Source: Chiloscyllium plagiosum (lineage: Eukaryota). Taken from it: DNA of 64,000 bases. This document shows positions 52,206-64,000 of the stretch, piece by piece; the first letter of the stretch is position 1; every line of letters begins with the position of its first letter. The DNA is taken from NCBI RefSeq assembly GCF_004010195.1, contig NC_057739.1:26270500-26334499 (forward strand). The letters are read 5' to 3'. The position numbers and the translations under genes were made by a program. The notes under the pieces were generated by a model. The model was not told the DNA's origin and did no database searches. It saw only the letters and a list, made by a program, of their open reading frames with translations.

Positions 52206-52816
52206 TCTTTTAATGGAATATGGAATTACAGCTTCTGTTTTTAACTGATAAAAATTATTCTGCAGAATTCAGTTCAAGATTAATTAATTTTCTTAAGTAG
52301 GTAACCTGATAGTAACAATATCATTCAATTTTAACATCTCTGTGGATTTCAGAATCAATAATCTGCTCACACCTAAGGTGGCTTGTATCTAGCTGCAAAG
52401 CTTTATTTAATATCTCGATCAAAAGCTATTGTTTCATCAGTTAGTAGGTGGTATATAATGTGCCATCCTCACCCTCCAGGCCTTTCCATGTGACAACATG
52501 TCTCTTGTAGAATGTACAAGGTAGCGTGGCAAATAACTTGGCAAGCAGCTGGGGAAGCAGTCATGTTGGCTTGGGGAAATATTTGCATGTTGCAACCAAG
52601 AGCAAGCTGAGCTATAACAGCCAGTCTATACAGATGGAATGCAGGCAGTAGCCAGCAGAAAGAGGGAAGCTTTAACCTGGAAACATTTTACACAAAATGT
52701 CAGGGAGAAAATCTCCTTAAGATTGAAGGACAGGAAGGTGACTCCAGAATCAATCATAAAGACAGTCCACATAATAATCTAGGTGACATAAATGTGTGGT
52801 ACCTATATTGTACTTA

Positions 52817-53400
52817 GAAATATTTGCATTTATATAGTGCCTTTTATGATGTCAGGAAATTTCAAAGCTCTTTGTAGACAATGAGGTACTTTGCAAAGTC
52901 TAATCACCATCATAGGAAATGTGACAGCCAATCTTATCATAGCAAGCAGCCAGAAACAGCAATGTTGTAATTGACTGGATAATTTGTCTTTGTGGTGTGG
53001 ATCTGACCAGGACATCAGGGATAACAATCTCTCTTCCTCCCTTCACCAGCATTACTCACAATATGCCATGACATCTTTTACATCCATCTCAGAGAACAAT
53101 CGAGTGTAATGTCTTATCGAAGTGAAGGCAAGTCCAATGGTGCAAGACTGAAACTTTATTGCTGGAACAGCACAGCAGGTCAGGCAGCTGCCTGACCTGC
53201 TGTGCTGTTCCAGCAATAAAGTTTCAGCTTTGATCTCCAGCGTCTGCAGACCTCACTTTCTCCTCAATGGTGCAAGACTCCTTCAGTAACAAAATTTGAA
53301 TATCAGTTTTGATTTAAGTTCTTGAGTTTTGAGGTGGATCTTAACCCCACAATTTTCTGACTTTGAAGCAAGAGTTCTCAGATCTGAATCATGGCTGACA
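52817..53400 (-). mobile_element. SacSINE1/DeuSINE-like SINE, full length, interrupted by a Penelope palindrome
   Basis: Tail ttgcatttatatagtgcctttt, Deu motif tgccatgacatcttttacatcca, head ..atggctgaca. Confidence 0.72.
53150..53264. mobile_element. short Penelope-derived insertion containing a perfect palindrome
   Basis: 15-bp TSD caatggtgcaagact (53135-53149 / 53265-53279); palindrome at 53148-53227. Confidence 0.9.
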
Positions 53401-53439
53401 TCTAACAAAATTAGTTTCATGCAAATTGCCTTCATATCA

Positions 53440-54212
53440 TATCCTCCAACCCTAGCAACATTCTTGTTAATCTTTTCTGAACCCTTTTAAGTTTCACAAC
53501 ATCCAGAATTGCACACAATATTCCTAAAGTGGCTTAACTTATATCTTGTACAGCCTTAACATGACCTCCCAACTCCTATACTCAATGCCATGACCGATAA
53601 AGGAAAGCATACTAAATGCCTTCTTCACTATCCTATTTACCTGGGACTCCACTTTCAAGGAACTATGAACCTGCCAGGTCTCTTTGTTCAGCAGCACACC
53701 CCAAGACCTTACCATTAAGTGTATAAATCCTGTCCTGATTTGCTTTTTCAAAATGCAACACCTCATATTTATGTAAATTAAATTGCATCTGCCATTCTTC
53801 GGCCCATTGGCCCATCTGATCAAGATCCTGGTGTATTCGGAGGTAACCTTTTTCACTGTCCACGTCACCTTCAATTTTGGTGTTATCTGCAAACTTACTA
53901 ACCATATCTCCTGTGTTCACAACCAAATCATTTATATAAATGATGAAAAGCAGTGGACCCAGCATCAATACTTATGGTACTCTGCTGGTTACAGATCTTC
54001 CAGTCTGAAAACCAACCCTCCACCACCGTCCTGTCTTCTACCTTCCAGCCAGTTCTGCATCCAAATGGCTAGTTTTCCCTGTATTCCCTGTGATCTAACC
54101 TTGCTAACCAGTCTACCATGAGGAACCTTGTCGAACATCTTACTGAAATCCATACAGATCACATCCACTGCTCTGCTCTCATCAGTCCTCTTCGTTACTA
54201 CTTCAATCAAGT
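53440..54212 (-). mobile_element. CR1 LINE RT-region fragment
   Basis: ORFs 53989-54255 (VDVICMDFSKMFDKVPHGRL), 53663-53968 (LGPLLFIIYINDL..SKFADNTK) and 53539-53892. Confidence 0.93.
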
Positions 54213-55820
54213 TGGTAACCCCTACCTGTTTACAGGGAAAAGTGCCCATGGACAAGGGGTGTGTGCAGCTGCTGCCTATATATCATGCCCTGAGGTGTTG
54301 CTGTGTGGTGAGGAATATGGAAGCTGTTTGGAGCCAGTGGTGAGCTGAAGCCACCAACTACCTGCTCTGGTTTCCACCATGAGAATTTTTGATGTAAAAT
54401 TTGCTCGTGGTGATGAGGGGTGGAGGGGAGAGGAAAGCGGATGACAAAATAAAGCTGCAATAAGTGAGCCAAGGTGTATAGTTAATAAGGTTAAGTTGCC
54501 CTTATATAGGCAGCTTACTGCTGCTTGGCAAGAATCTTGTCTTGATGCCTGAAAATTAGTTAAAAGATGCAGCAAGTTGCTTCCAATGTCAGGATCGAGC
54601 TCTGGGCTTCTCTCACACTTTTGCTCATTCCTAACCGTGTTGTTTGGTCTCTTTTAAAACTCCATGCAATGTTCTCAACCAGATGACCGTGTAGGATTGA
54701 GTTTCTGTTTCAATAATTGATCATTTTGACATGATTAAGCAAGTGAGCAATTCAGTTGTACTTTGTTTATTTGTGGTTAGCTGTAACCACTTTCTGCAGG
54801 GGGAAAGAGACGTATGCTCCCAGGTCAAAATTAAAGTTATAGTCTTATTGATGTTTTATAGTGAGGCTAATGTAAACTTAGGCTAGCACAAGAAAATGCT
54901 TTGTGATAAAAAGGCTCTTACTGAAAGGTAGCCCTGTGCTAAAATGGTTTAGTTTTTGAAATGTATGAAGCATGTGATAAGCCTTACATGTATTAGTTTG
55001 TGTGGTTATTGTGTAAGTTGATTTACATATCAGTAGTTAATTGTGGGTCCTACATGTTTGTTTGAAGTTAAACAAAGTTGACAGACTTTGGAGAACATGC
55101 AAACGTATCATTTTGGATGAAAGTTAATCATAAGGAGGCAACACTAATTTTAAGTAAACACAAATGTAGGCGAAATTAGTAAGTTAAGAGTGAATGGGGA
55201 GACGTTAGGAAGTGATGTTACTAAGATGACCATTATTTTTAAATAGTCTACCTAAAATCCAAGATTGACCAGGAACTGTTTCTGCACTGTTCATTACAGC
55301 TCAAACCGGCTCTGATCATGCACATGACATAGTAAAGGTTAATAAGGATTGGATATTTAGTGGCTTCATGCACATGACAGAAACAACTTCAGTCAACAGA
55401 ACAGACTAAGAGACTTCTGCCTAGTCAACCAGTAGCAGAAACTGGCATTCCAATGTGGATAGACTGAAAACTACTGTTTTTATTAAATATAATTTCTTTT
55501 GTACACGTTATGATAAATTTGGAAAACATGTTTGTACCTGGAATTATGTCTTGTAACTACTAATCAGAACTATTAAACTTTCATTCTTTCAAAGCTCAGT
55601 CTATAATTGTAATTGTCTTAAACCTTACAATTAAAGTGCATTTGACAATCTTACAACCTACAGCATAGTTTGTATGTAGTCAAGAAAGTCATGAAATTGG
55701 CAAATATCAGTCTGGATGGAATCCTGAATCCTTGAATACGACTGCAATTTTCTTCTAGCGTCATCATTTCTCCATACAAGATGGAGCTGATGCAGCATAT
55801 TTTTTGACTCACTGTTGTGT

Positions 55821-55858
55821 CACTGTAACAGATTATATTGCACTGTAACAGATTATAT
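55821..55858. repeat. short tandem duplication (20-bp period)
   Basis: cactgtaacagattatat occurs twice. Confidence 0.85.
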
Positions 55859-57147
55859 GTGCAGTCCTGATGTTTTGATCAGAGATTGTGATGTTTCGCT
55901 TGACCTGTAGTCTTGTAGGAATTGCTTTGATTGGCTTTTGAGGAGAAATATTAAATCTCTTTACAACTTTTGGTACTTTTACTGAAGTACTTTGCATCAA
56001 TTTTCATGGTGGAAGATGCCAGCAGCATACCAGAACTTAAGAGAGTCAGGTGGCAGAGGTGAATGTAGTGGTCATCACGAAGGAGAATGTGCTGGGGAAG
56101 CTGAAAGGCCTGAAGGGGGATTAATCACCTGGACCAGATAGAATACACCGCAGAGTTCTGAAGGAGATAGCTGAGGATAAAGTAGAGGCATTGGTGGTGA
56201 CCTCTCAGGCATCACTGGAGTTAGGGAGGATCCCAGAAGATGGAAAATGGCGAATGTAACACCCCTGAAGGGAGGGAGGTGGTAAACAGAAAATTACAGA
56301 CTGGTTAGCCTGACCTTGGTCGTTGCTAAGATTTCAGAGTCCATTGTTAACAATAAGTTTGCAGAGTACTTGGAAGTGTATGGTAAAGTAGGGCTGAGTC
56401 AGCATAGCCTTGTCAAGGGGAGGTTTTGCCTGACAAACCTGTTAGAAGTGTTTGGGGTAACACGCAAGTTTGACAAAGGAGAGCCAGTGGACGTGATCAG
56501 TTTGAATTTCTAGAAAGCCTTTGGCAAGGTGCCACACAGAATACTGCGAAATAAAAGAGGAGCACATGTTATTAGAGGCAAGGTGCTGGTGTGGATAGAG
56601 GATTGGCTGACTGGTAGGAGGCAGAGAGTGGGAATAACGGGGTTTTTTTCAACATGGCAGCTGGTGATTCAAGAAGTTCCACAGAGGTCTGTGTTGGGAC
56701 CACACCTATTCAGGCTAAACATGAATGATCAGGATGAAGGAACTGAGGGCATCACTGCTGAGTTTGCGGATGACACAAAGATAGATGAAGGGACAGGTAG
56801 TGTTCAGAAGTTGAGAAGGCTGCAGAAGGCCTTGGACAGGCTAGGAGAGTGGGCAAAGAAGTGGCAGATGGAGTACAATGTGTGAAAATGTGATGTTATG
56901 CACTTAGATAGTAAGAATAGAGGCATGGATTATTTTCTAAATGGGGAAATCTGAAGACACTTAGGCATTCTAGTTCTCTTAAGGTTAATGTGCAGGTTCT
57001 GTTGGCAGTTAGGAAGGCAAATTCAATGTTAACATTCATTTTGAGAGGGCTAGATTACAAGAACAGAAATGTTCTTGTATAAGGCTCTGTATCATGGGCG
57101 GTTTTGGGTCCCGTATCTAAGGAAAGATGTGTTGGTGTTGGAGGGAG

Positions 57148-57285
57148 GCAAGACTAGAGTGGTGCTGGAAAAGCACAGCAGGTCAGGCAGCATCTGAGGA
57201 GCAGGAAGATCGACATTTCAGGCAGGAGCCCTTCATTGCTCTAATCTTGACTCTAATCTCTACCATCTGCAGTCCTCACTTTTGC
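57148..57285. mobile_element. short Penelope-derived inverted insertion in CR1
   Basis: 16-bp TSD ttgg(t/c)gttggagggag (57132-57147 / 57286-57301). Confidence 0.85.
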
Positions 57286-57446
57286 TTGGCGTTGGAGGGA
57301 GTCCAGAGGAGATTTCCAAGAATTATTTCAGGAATTAAGGGCTTGATATATGAGGAGCAGTTCAGGATTCGGGGGGATCATATTGAAATTTACAAAATAT
57401 TGAGAGGCTTGGATAGAGCAGATGTATAGATGATATATTCTTTTAA

Positions 57447-57760
57447 TAGAATCCCCACAGCATGGAAACAAGCCAAAGAGCTTCCCATCCTGACCCACTC
57501 CCCTACCCTATCCCTATAACTCTGCATTTGCCATGGTTAACACATCTAACCTACACATCCCTGAACGCTATAGGTAATTTAGAATGACTAATCCACTGAA
57601 CCTGCACATATCTGGACAGTGGCAGGAAACCGGAGCACCCAACGGAAGCCCACCCAGACTGGGGGACAACATGCAAACTCCACATAGACAATCACCCATG
57701 AGTGGACTTGAACCTGGGTCCCTGGCTCTGTGAGACAGCAGTGCTAACCATTGAGCCACC
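57447..57760 (-). mobile_element. HE1-type SINE inserted in CR1
   Basis: V-domain and tRNA head on the minus strand. Confidence 0.88.
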
Positions 57761-59789
57761 TCTCCATTAGAAAGAGAGACTCTGACCCGAGGGCACAGCC
57801 TCAGTGAAGGAATGTTGCTTCAGAACTGAGATGAGGAGGGTGGTGAATCTGGGACTCATTGCCTCAAAAGGCCACGGAGTCCAAGCCGTTGACCCCATTG
57901 CTAATCAAGAACCTACCTATCTCTGTCTTAAATATACTCAAAGGTTATGGGGGGAAGGCAGGAGAATTTGGTTGAGAAACATATCAGCCAGGATCAAATG
58001 GCAGAGCAGATTCAATGAAGTGAATGGCCCAAATCTGCTCCTTTATCATATGGTCTTGGTGGTTTTTTTGATAGTATCAATTTGTATTCTTCTATTGAAG
58101 TAGCTGCTGACTGTGATGCATTCAGACTGTGATGGTTCTTTTAAATTCCTCTGGTCATTTTAGCTCTTTGGCGTCCCTGAGGTGTTCTTGTTTGGTAGTT
58201 TTTAACCAATGCTTGTGCATTTCTTCTTCTGTTAATGACTGTGACATAATGTGTCTTTTTACTGCAGATCATACTAATATTGGCATTATTGGATCTGCCA
58301 GGCTTGATAATGCATCTGATATTATTGGGAAGAATTCTTGAAATACGGAACATTTTTCATCAAATGATGCTCTGTTGTTCCAGATAGAAATGAGCAGAAA
58401 CGAAAATGCTGAGATCAAAGGAAAATTACTCCATTATTATCTGTAGACACTACAAACAATAAGCAATGTCTTAGGCTCAATAATATTTATTCATTTAACT
58501 TCTGTTCGTCATGGCTCTTTTAGTTTTTCATTGTCTGTCATGGAGACTCAGATAAGTAATATTTTCTTCCCTTCAAGATGATTTTTAAAGTTCAGCGATC
58601 TCTGTTTGTAACCCCTGTTCATTAAGCTGATGTATATGTTCTGGGGTTCCTCTAATTGGATTTGAGGCACACTGATTCAATAAGCTTCCCTGGCAGAAAG
58701 CAACCTGCCATCCTGTGCCTGCACTAATTCTTCACACTTCTTAAGTAGTTAATCAGCCATTTAATCACCAATACTTAGGGTGAGCTGTAAATACAAAACA
58801 GCTGCGGAGGTTGGATCAATTGAAATTTTCAATACGGTGATCGATAAATTTCTGTAAGGTAGGACATCAAAGAATAGGGATTGAAGATGTGTAATTGAAG
58901 TTAAGGGCAGGCACACCAGGATAGAATTGATTGGTGGAATATCCTTCTAATTGATCCTGTTCCATGAGGGATGAATGATCCTGTGTTTGTGTTAACTTGT
59001 CAGGTTGCCAGAGCACTATTTGCAGTGTAGAACTGAACACTCCAGCAGTCCAGGCAGTGACTGTCGGACAAAGAAACAATATAATTCAGGTGTAAACCCT
59101 TCCTCAGCAAAGGTATTTGATCCAATGCAAATGAGATGTACAAGCCTTTACAAATGTTATTGTTGCTGAAGTAAAGTGATTTACCACCGGAGTCATTGGC
59201 CACAAGTACAGTTTATATCCCTGGTCTCCCAAGAGCCAACCTTTCATATGGTTTAGCCCAACAAATAATGTGATGACATTGGACAGGGTGGAGCTGAAGG
59301 ATCCCGTTGTTGGTAGCTTTTATGACACTGTATCACTCTCTTGGTTGCAGACTCTATATTTTGGCATTCCTCTTTTTAATTCACAACCATTTATAAAGAA
59401 ATGCTCAAATGGCATCTGGGTGTGGTTGGGATATCCCTGCACTTCCCTGCCAGCCGGTTGTAACCAATCCACTTTGCTCCTACTGCCCAAGATTCCCTTT
59501 AAACTCAAAGCTGTGTCAACTGCCACAGTTTGGAATGTACAGAAGCGATCACTTACACTTCCAGCAACAACATTGTTAGTCTTGTTGACCTTACTGCATG
59601 GTACAAAGATTATGAATTATATTCCATGTCAGATCTTTTAAAATAAACCTGTTCAGAGATGTGATTATACCCTAGAGCAGGTAGCATTGGTGGTTTTAGC
59701 TCAAAAAGCAGCCTACATAGTAGGATGTTTGAAAGCTGACTATAAGCTGGTATAATCAGCTGCCTTCAGTTGGGATGGTGAGATTCTGG

Positions 59790-61500
59790 AGCATATTAAG
59801 ATTAATAAAAAGGAGATATTAGATGCTTTTGCAGGCATACAGATGCATATATCCCCTGGGCCTGATGAGATGTATCCTAGGCTGCAATAGGAGGCAAGGG
59901 AAGAGATTGCTGGGGCCCTGGCTGAGATAGTTAATACTTAACTGGTCATAGGAGAAGTCCCAGATGACTGGAAGATAGCTAATGTGGTTCCATTGTTTAA
60001 GAAGGAGAGCAGGGATAGTCCACATAATTACAGATCAGTTAGTCTGATGTCTACAGTAGGGAAATAAATCTGAAGGACAGGGTTAATCAACACTTGGAAA
60101 GGCAGGGATTGGTCAGAGAATTCCGACAGTTTGGAAGCAGTCCATTTGGCCCATCATTTCCACACAGACCCTCTGAAGAGCATCTCACCCAGACCCACAG
60201 TCTGCGTAACTCTGTATTCCCGTGGCTCATCCACCTAATCTGGACATCCTTGGACGTTATGAACAACTTAGCATGGCCAATCCACGTAACGTGAACATCT
60301 TTGGACTGTGGGAGGGAACCAGAGCAGATGACTAAATATGTTGATAAGGGTAGTGCAGTTGATATGGTTTTTGTGGACTTTAATAAGGCCTTTGACAAGA
60401 AGGCTGGTCCAAAATGTAACAGCCCATGGGATCCAGGGAAAACTGGATACAAAATTGGCTTGCAAATAGGAGGCAAAGGTGATGATGCAGGGATGTTTTT
60501 GTGGTTTGAAGCCTGTGACCAACAGTGTAACACAGGAATTGGTGCTGGCACCCTTGTTACTTGTTATGTGCATTAACAATGTGGATATGAATGTAGAAAG
60601 TATAATTAGTAATTTTGCAGATCACATGCAAGTCATTAGTGCTGTTCATAGTGAGGAGGATGGTCTCAGACTACAGTCTGACATTGATCAGCTGGTAAAT
60701 TGGGCCGAGCAATGGCCGATCAAATTTAATCATGCAAAGTGTGAGGAGATCTGCTAAAAGAAGGACATACAGGATTAATGGTAGGTCCTTAGGGAGTACT
60801 GAGGTACAAAGAGACCTTGGTGGACAACTCCATAGATCCCAGAAGGTGTCATCACAGGTATACAAGGTGGAGGAGAAGGCATACAGGCCTTCATTAGCCA
60901 GAAGATAGACATAGGAGCAAGGGAATCTGTTTACAACTTCATCAATTATTGCTTAGTCCACAGGTGGAATATTTTGTGCAGTTCGGATCACCACATTATT
61001 GTAAGGATTTGATTTCACTGGAAAAGGTGCAGAGGAGATTCGCTAGGATATTGCCTGGGGTGAAAAGTCTCAGTTATGAGGAGAGACTGGACAGGCTGGG
61101 TTTGTTTTCTCTGGAACAGAGGAGGCAGAGAGGGTTATCTGATTTGGTATACAAAGTTATCAGAGGCATGGATAGGGCAGATCATAATCTTTTCCCCGTG
61201 GCAGACATGTCTAAGACCAGAGACGGCACAAGTTTAATGTGAGGAGTAAGTGGGTTAGAGGGGATCTGAGAAAACATGTTTTTCACCCAGAGGGAAGTAG
61301 CAATAGGAATGTGCTGCCTGGGAGAGTGGTGGAGGAACATACTCTTGCAACATTTAAAAGGCAACTGGATAAGCACTTAAAATGCCAAGACCACAGTAGG
61401 CTATGGACCAAACGCAGGTAAATGGGATTAGTGTAGTTTGATGTTTTTTGGCCAACATAGACGTGGTGGACTGAAGGGCCTATTTCTGTTCTGTTCGACT
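59790..61500 (+). mobile_element. CR1 LINE ORF2 (RT to 3' end), decayed
   Basis: ORFs 60301-60576 (AVDMVFVDFNKAFDK), 60479-60757 and 60949-61242 (EYFVQFGSPHY..LEKVQRRFAR); 3' tail. Confidence 0.92.
60117..60325 (-). mobile_element. HE1-type SINE 3' part inserted in CR1
   Basis: ttagcatggccaatccac..catctttggactgtgggagggaaccagagca. Confidence 0.8.
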
Positions 61501-61896
61501 TGATATGCAAAGTAACTGGATTAAGATAATGCACAATGGATCCTGCTGTATAAAGACAGCTTGAGAAGTGCTGACAGAAACCTCTGTACCAGGCTGGTTC
61601 AAAGTCTGGCATTCATCATGTGATAGAAGGGAAGGACCTCATATATCAAAATGGAAGTCTTAAGTGTACAGGCATTAAGGGATTTAACTGCATCCCTGTG
61701 GATACTCAATCTAAGATGGTTGGAAGAGGCCACTTCCCATCAGCAAGGGAGTGCTGTATAATGGTGTAGGAGCTAAGCCTGGAATGTGGTTGATTAGGAT
61801 AATTTGAGAAGGCAAAGGATAATTAATGTGAAGTCTGGCAAATACCGTGTGATCATGGGATGCTCGAAAGCTGACCATGGTCTGATCGTGCAGTCA

Positions 61897-62607
61897 CATA
61901 GAATCATAGAGCTGCACAGCACGGAAACAGATCCTTTGGTCCAACTCGTCCATGCCAACCACATATCCTATATTAATCTAGTCCCATTTGCCAGCATTTG
62001 ACCTATATCCCTCCAAACCCTGCCGATTCATATATCCATCCAGGTGCCTTTTAAATGCTGTATTTTTACCAGCCTCTGAAATTTCCTCTGGCAGCTCATT
62101 CCATACACACACTACCCTGTGTGTGAAAAGGTTGCCCCTTAGGTTCCTTTTAATTCTTTTCCCTCTCATCCTAAACCTATGCCCTCTAGTTCCCCACCCC
62201 AGGGAAAAGACCTTGTCTGTTTATCCTATCCATGCCCCTCTGATTTTATAAACCTCTGTAAGGTCACCCCTCAGCCTCCAACACTCTAGGTACAACAGCC
62301 CCAGCCTGTTCAGCCTCTCCCTATGGCTCAAAAACCCTCCAACCCTGGCAATATCATGGTAAATCTTTTCTGAACCCTTTCAAGTTTCACAACATCCTTC
62401 TGATAGGAAGGAGACCAGAATTGCACGCAGTATTCCAAAAGTGGCCTTACCAATGTCCTGTACAGTTGCAACATGAGCCCCCAAATCCTATACTCGATGT
62501 TCTGACCAATAAACAAAAGCATACCAAACACCTGCTTCACTATCCTATCTACCTGCAACTCCACTTTCAAGGTACTATGAACCTGCACTCCAAGGTCTCT
62601 TTGTTCA
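61897..62607 (-). mobile_element. CR1/HER1 LINE 3' fragment
   Basis: ORFs 62328-62588 (LVRPLLEYCVQFWSPSY) and 61978-62169. Confidence 0.93.
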
Positions 62608-63446
62608 TGATTAAGCTGATTGATTCATCTGTGATCAATTCATAACACCATTGGTTTGTAACAGCCAAGGCACGCTAAAAGCAAATCTGTAACAAGTGTA
62701 TGTTTCCCCTTGTTCCCTTGTCTGCCCAAAGTTTTTGTCCCCACTGGTGTAAAACAATAAACTCTAGATTTTTGAAGTGGACTTGGGTGTCGAGTGATTA
62801 TTTAGTCATTCCACCCCGATATATATATATATAGGTTATTTAACTTCTAAACAGCTGTTGTGTGAAACATTGAGTTTACATCCTTTGAGTGAGTAGATTC
62901 TTGACTCATAGCCCTTCATGATTCAGTTGGGCCATAGAGCCAGGTTTGGCACACTGCATAATAGCTTGGCACATTTCTTGTTGCGTTCAAAGGAAAGGCA
63001 TATTAGAAATACCGGAATGTATGGGAAGAATACAACTGAAACATTATGGAGAGTGATTAAACAATGTGGCATTCGTTGTTAAAGTGCAGGACTTTGAGAG
63101 TTGTTATGTTTTGTTTTCTGCCTTTCATATATTGTACAATGTTAAGTGACAGATTATTTATGGTATGTGTGTTCATGGGTTTGCTACATCCATGCCTCTC
63201 CCTATGTTGACAACAGAAGATTTGTGGAGCTGAGGAAAGGCATTAACAGCTCATGTGTTTGAATTGAGCATGAGTCCTATCTAGCTGGGTGTGGTCTGAG
63301 TTTGAGTCTATACTGCGACTTCCGATATGGATATGGGCACTGAGTTAAAAACAACATCTGCAGCCTCGTAAAAATAAACAACAGTTACTCTGGCTCAGTA
63401 AGTACAGTGCGATATAGATCCTGACAATCCATGGCTCATTTATGAT

Positions 63447-63700
63447 ACAAAAACAGAAATTGCTGGAGAGGCTCAGCAGGTCTGGTAGCATCTGTGGGCA
63501 GAAAACAGAGCTAAAGTTTTACATCTGGTGGCTCTTCATCAGAACTGATGGCAGCTCAGAAAAAGTAGCATTTATGGTGAAGATGGGGTTTGGGAAGAGA
63601 TGTGTGGATAGCTGGAGATGGAGTGCAGAGAGAGAGAGAGAGAGAGGGAGATATGAAAGGGATAGGCAGACAAGGTATTGTTGACTGTAAGCAAGGTCAG
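63447..63700 (-). mobile_element. Penelope terminal-repeat fragment (same type as 9540-9710), including a (GA)n tract
   Basis: acaaaaacagaaattgctggagaggctcagcaggtctggtagcatctgtgg..ctcttcatcagaactg. Confidence 0.75.
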
Positions 63701-63934
63701 AAGAGGAGCTGAATAAAGTACTAATGAGGGCTAAGGTTAGAAGCGAATGGGGTAGGATATACTGAAAGCAACTCATCTTAGAGGCAAGGCATCTGCCCAA
63801 TAACCCCCTGTAAAGTGACCTAAAAACATGGGGGTTGACCTAAAAACATCATGTAATCTGAATGGTGTCCTATTGGAAGTAGTGGAATTTTGTGCATCTG
63901 ATCTTTTAGAATGATGAGGAGATGCCGCTGTTGG

Positions 63935-64000
63935 ACTGGGGTGGACAAAGTTAAAAATCACACAACACCAGGTTATAGTCCAGCAGGTTTATTTGGATGT
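63935..64000 (-). mobile_element. terminus of the second Penelope-like family (runs off the window)
   Basis: ggacaaagttaaaaatcacacaacaccaggttatagtcc matches 22419-22460. Confidence 0.6.

Larger units (their letters stand above)
55960..58058 (+). mobile_element. CR1 LINE ORF2 (RT to 3' end), decayed, with nested Penelope and HE1 insertions
   Basis: ORFs 56316-56513 (KGRFCLTNLLE..PVDVI) and 56529-56885 (VPQRSVLGP..FADDTKI..WAKKWQMEYNV); 3' tail to ~58058. Confidence 0.92.

Overview
Eukaryotic, AT-rich, almost entirely non-coding DNA, most likely intronic or intergenic sequence from a cartilaginous fish (shark). This assignment rests on recognising HE1-type V-SINEs, HER1/CR1 LINEs that share the HE1 3' tail, and SacSINE1/Deu-domain SINEs. 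No intact host gene, rRNA, tRNA gene or CRISPR array can be supported. Every recognisable ORF is a decayed retroelement fragment: many CR1 copies, one L1/Tx1 ORF2 fragment, one near full-length RTE LINE with five nested insertions, and Penelope-like (GIY-YIG) elements. There is one assembly gap (38232-38780). The most interesting signal is a set of short Penelope-derived insertions. Many have 14-16 bp target-site duplications and head-to-head inverted arms, one is a perfect 80-bp palindrome, and most carry a minimal hammerhead-ribozyme core (CTGA[T/A]GA-stem II-GAAACGT[C/T]). Two weak minus-strand exon candidates are flagged as inference only. Repeat family names come from recognising motifs by eye, not from a database search, and element boundaries are approximate unless a TSD is given.
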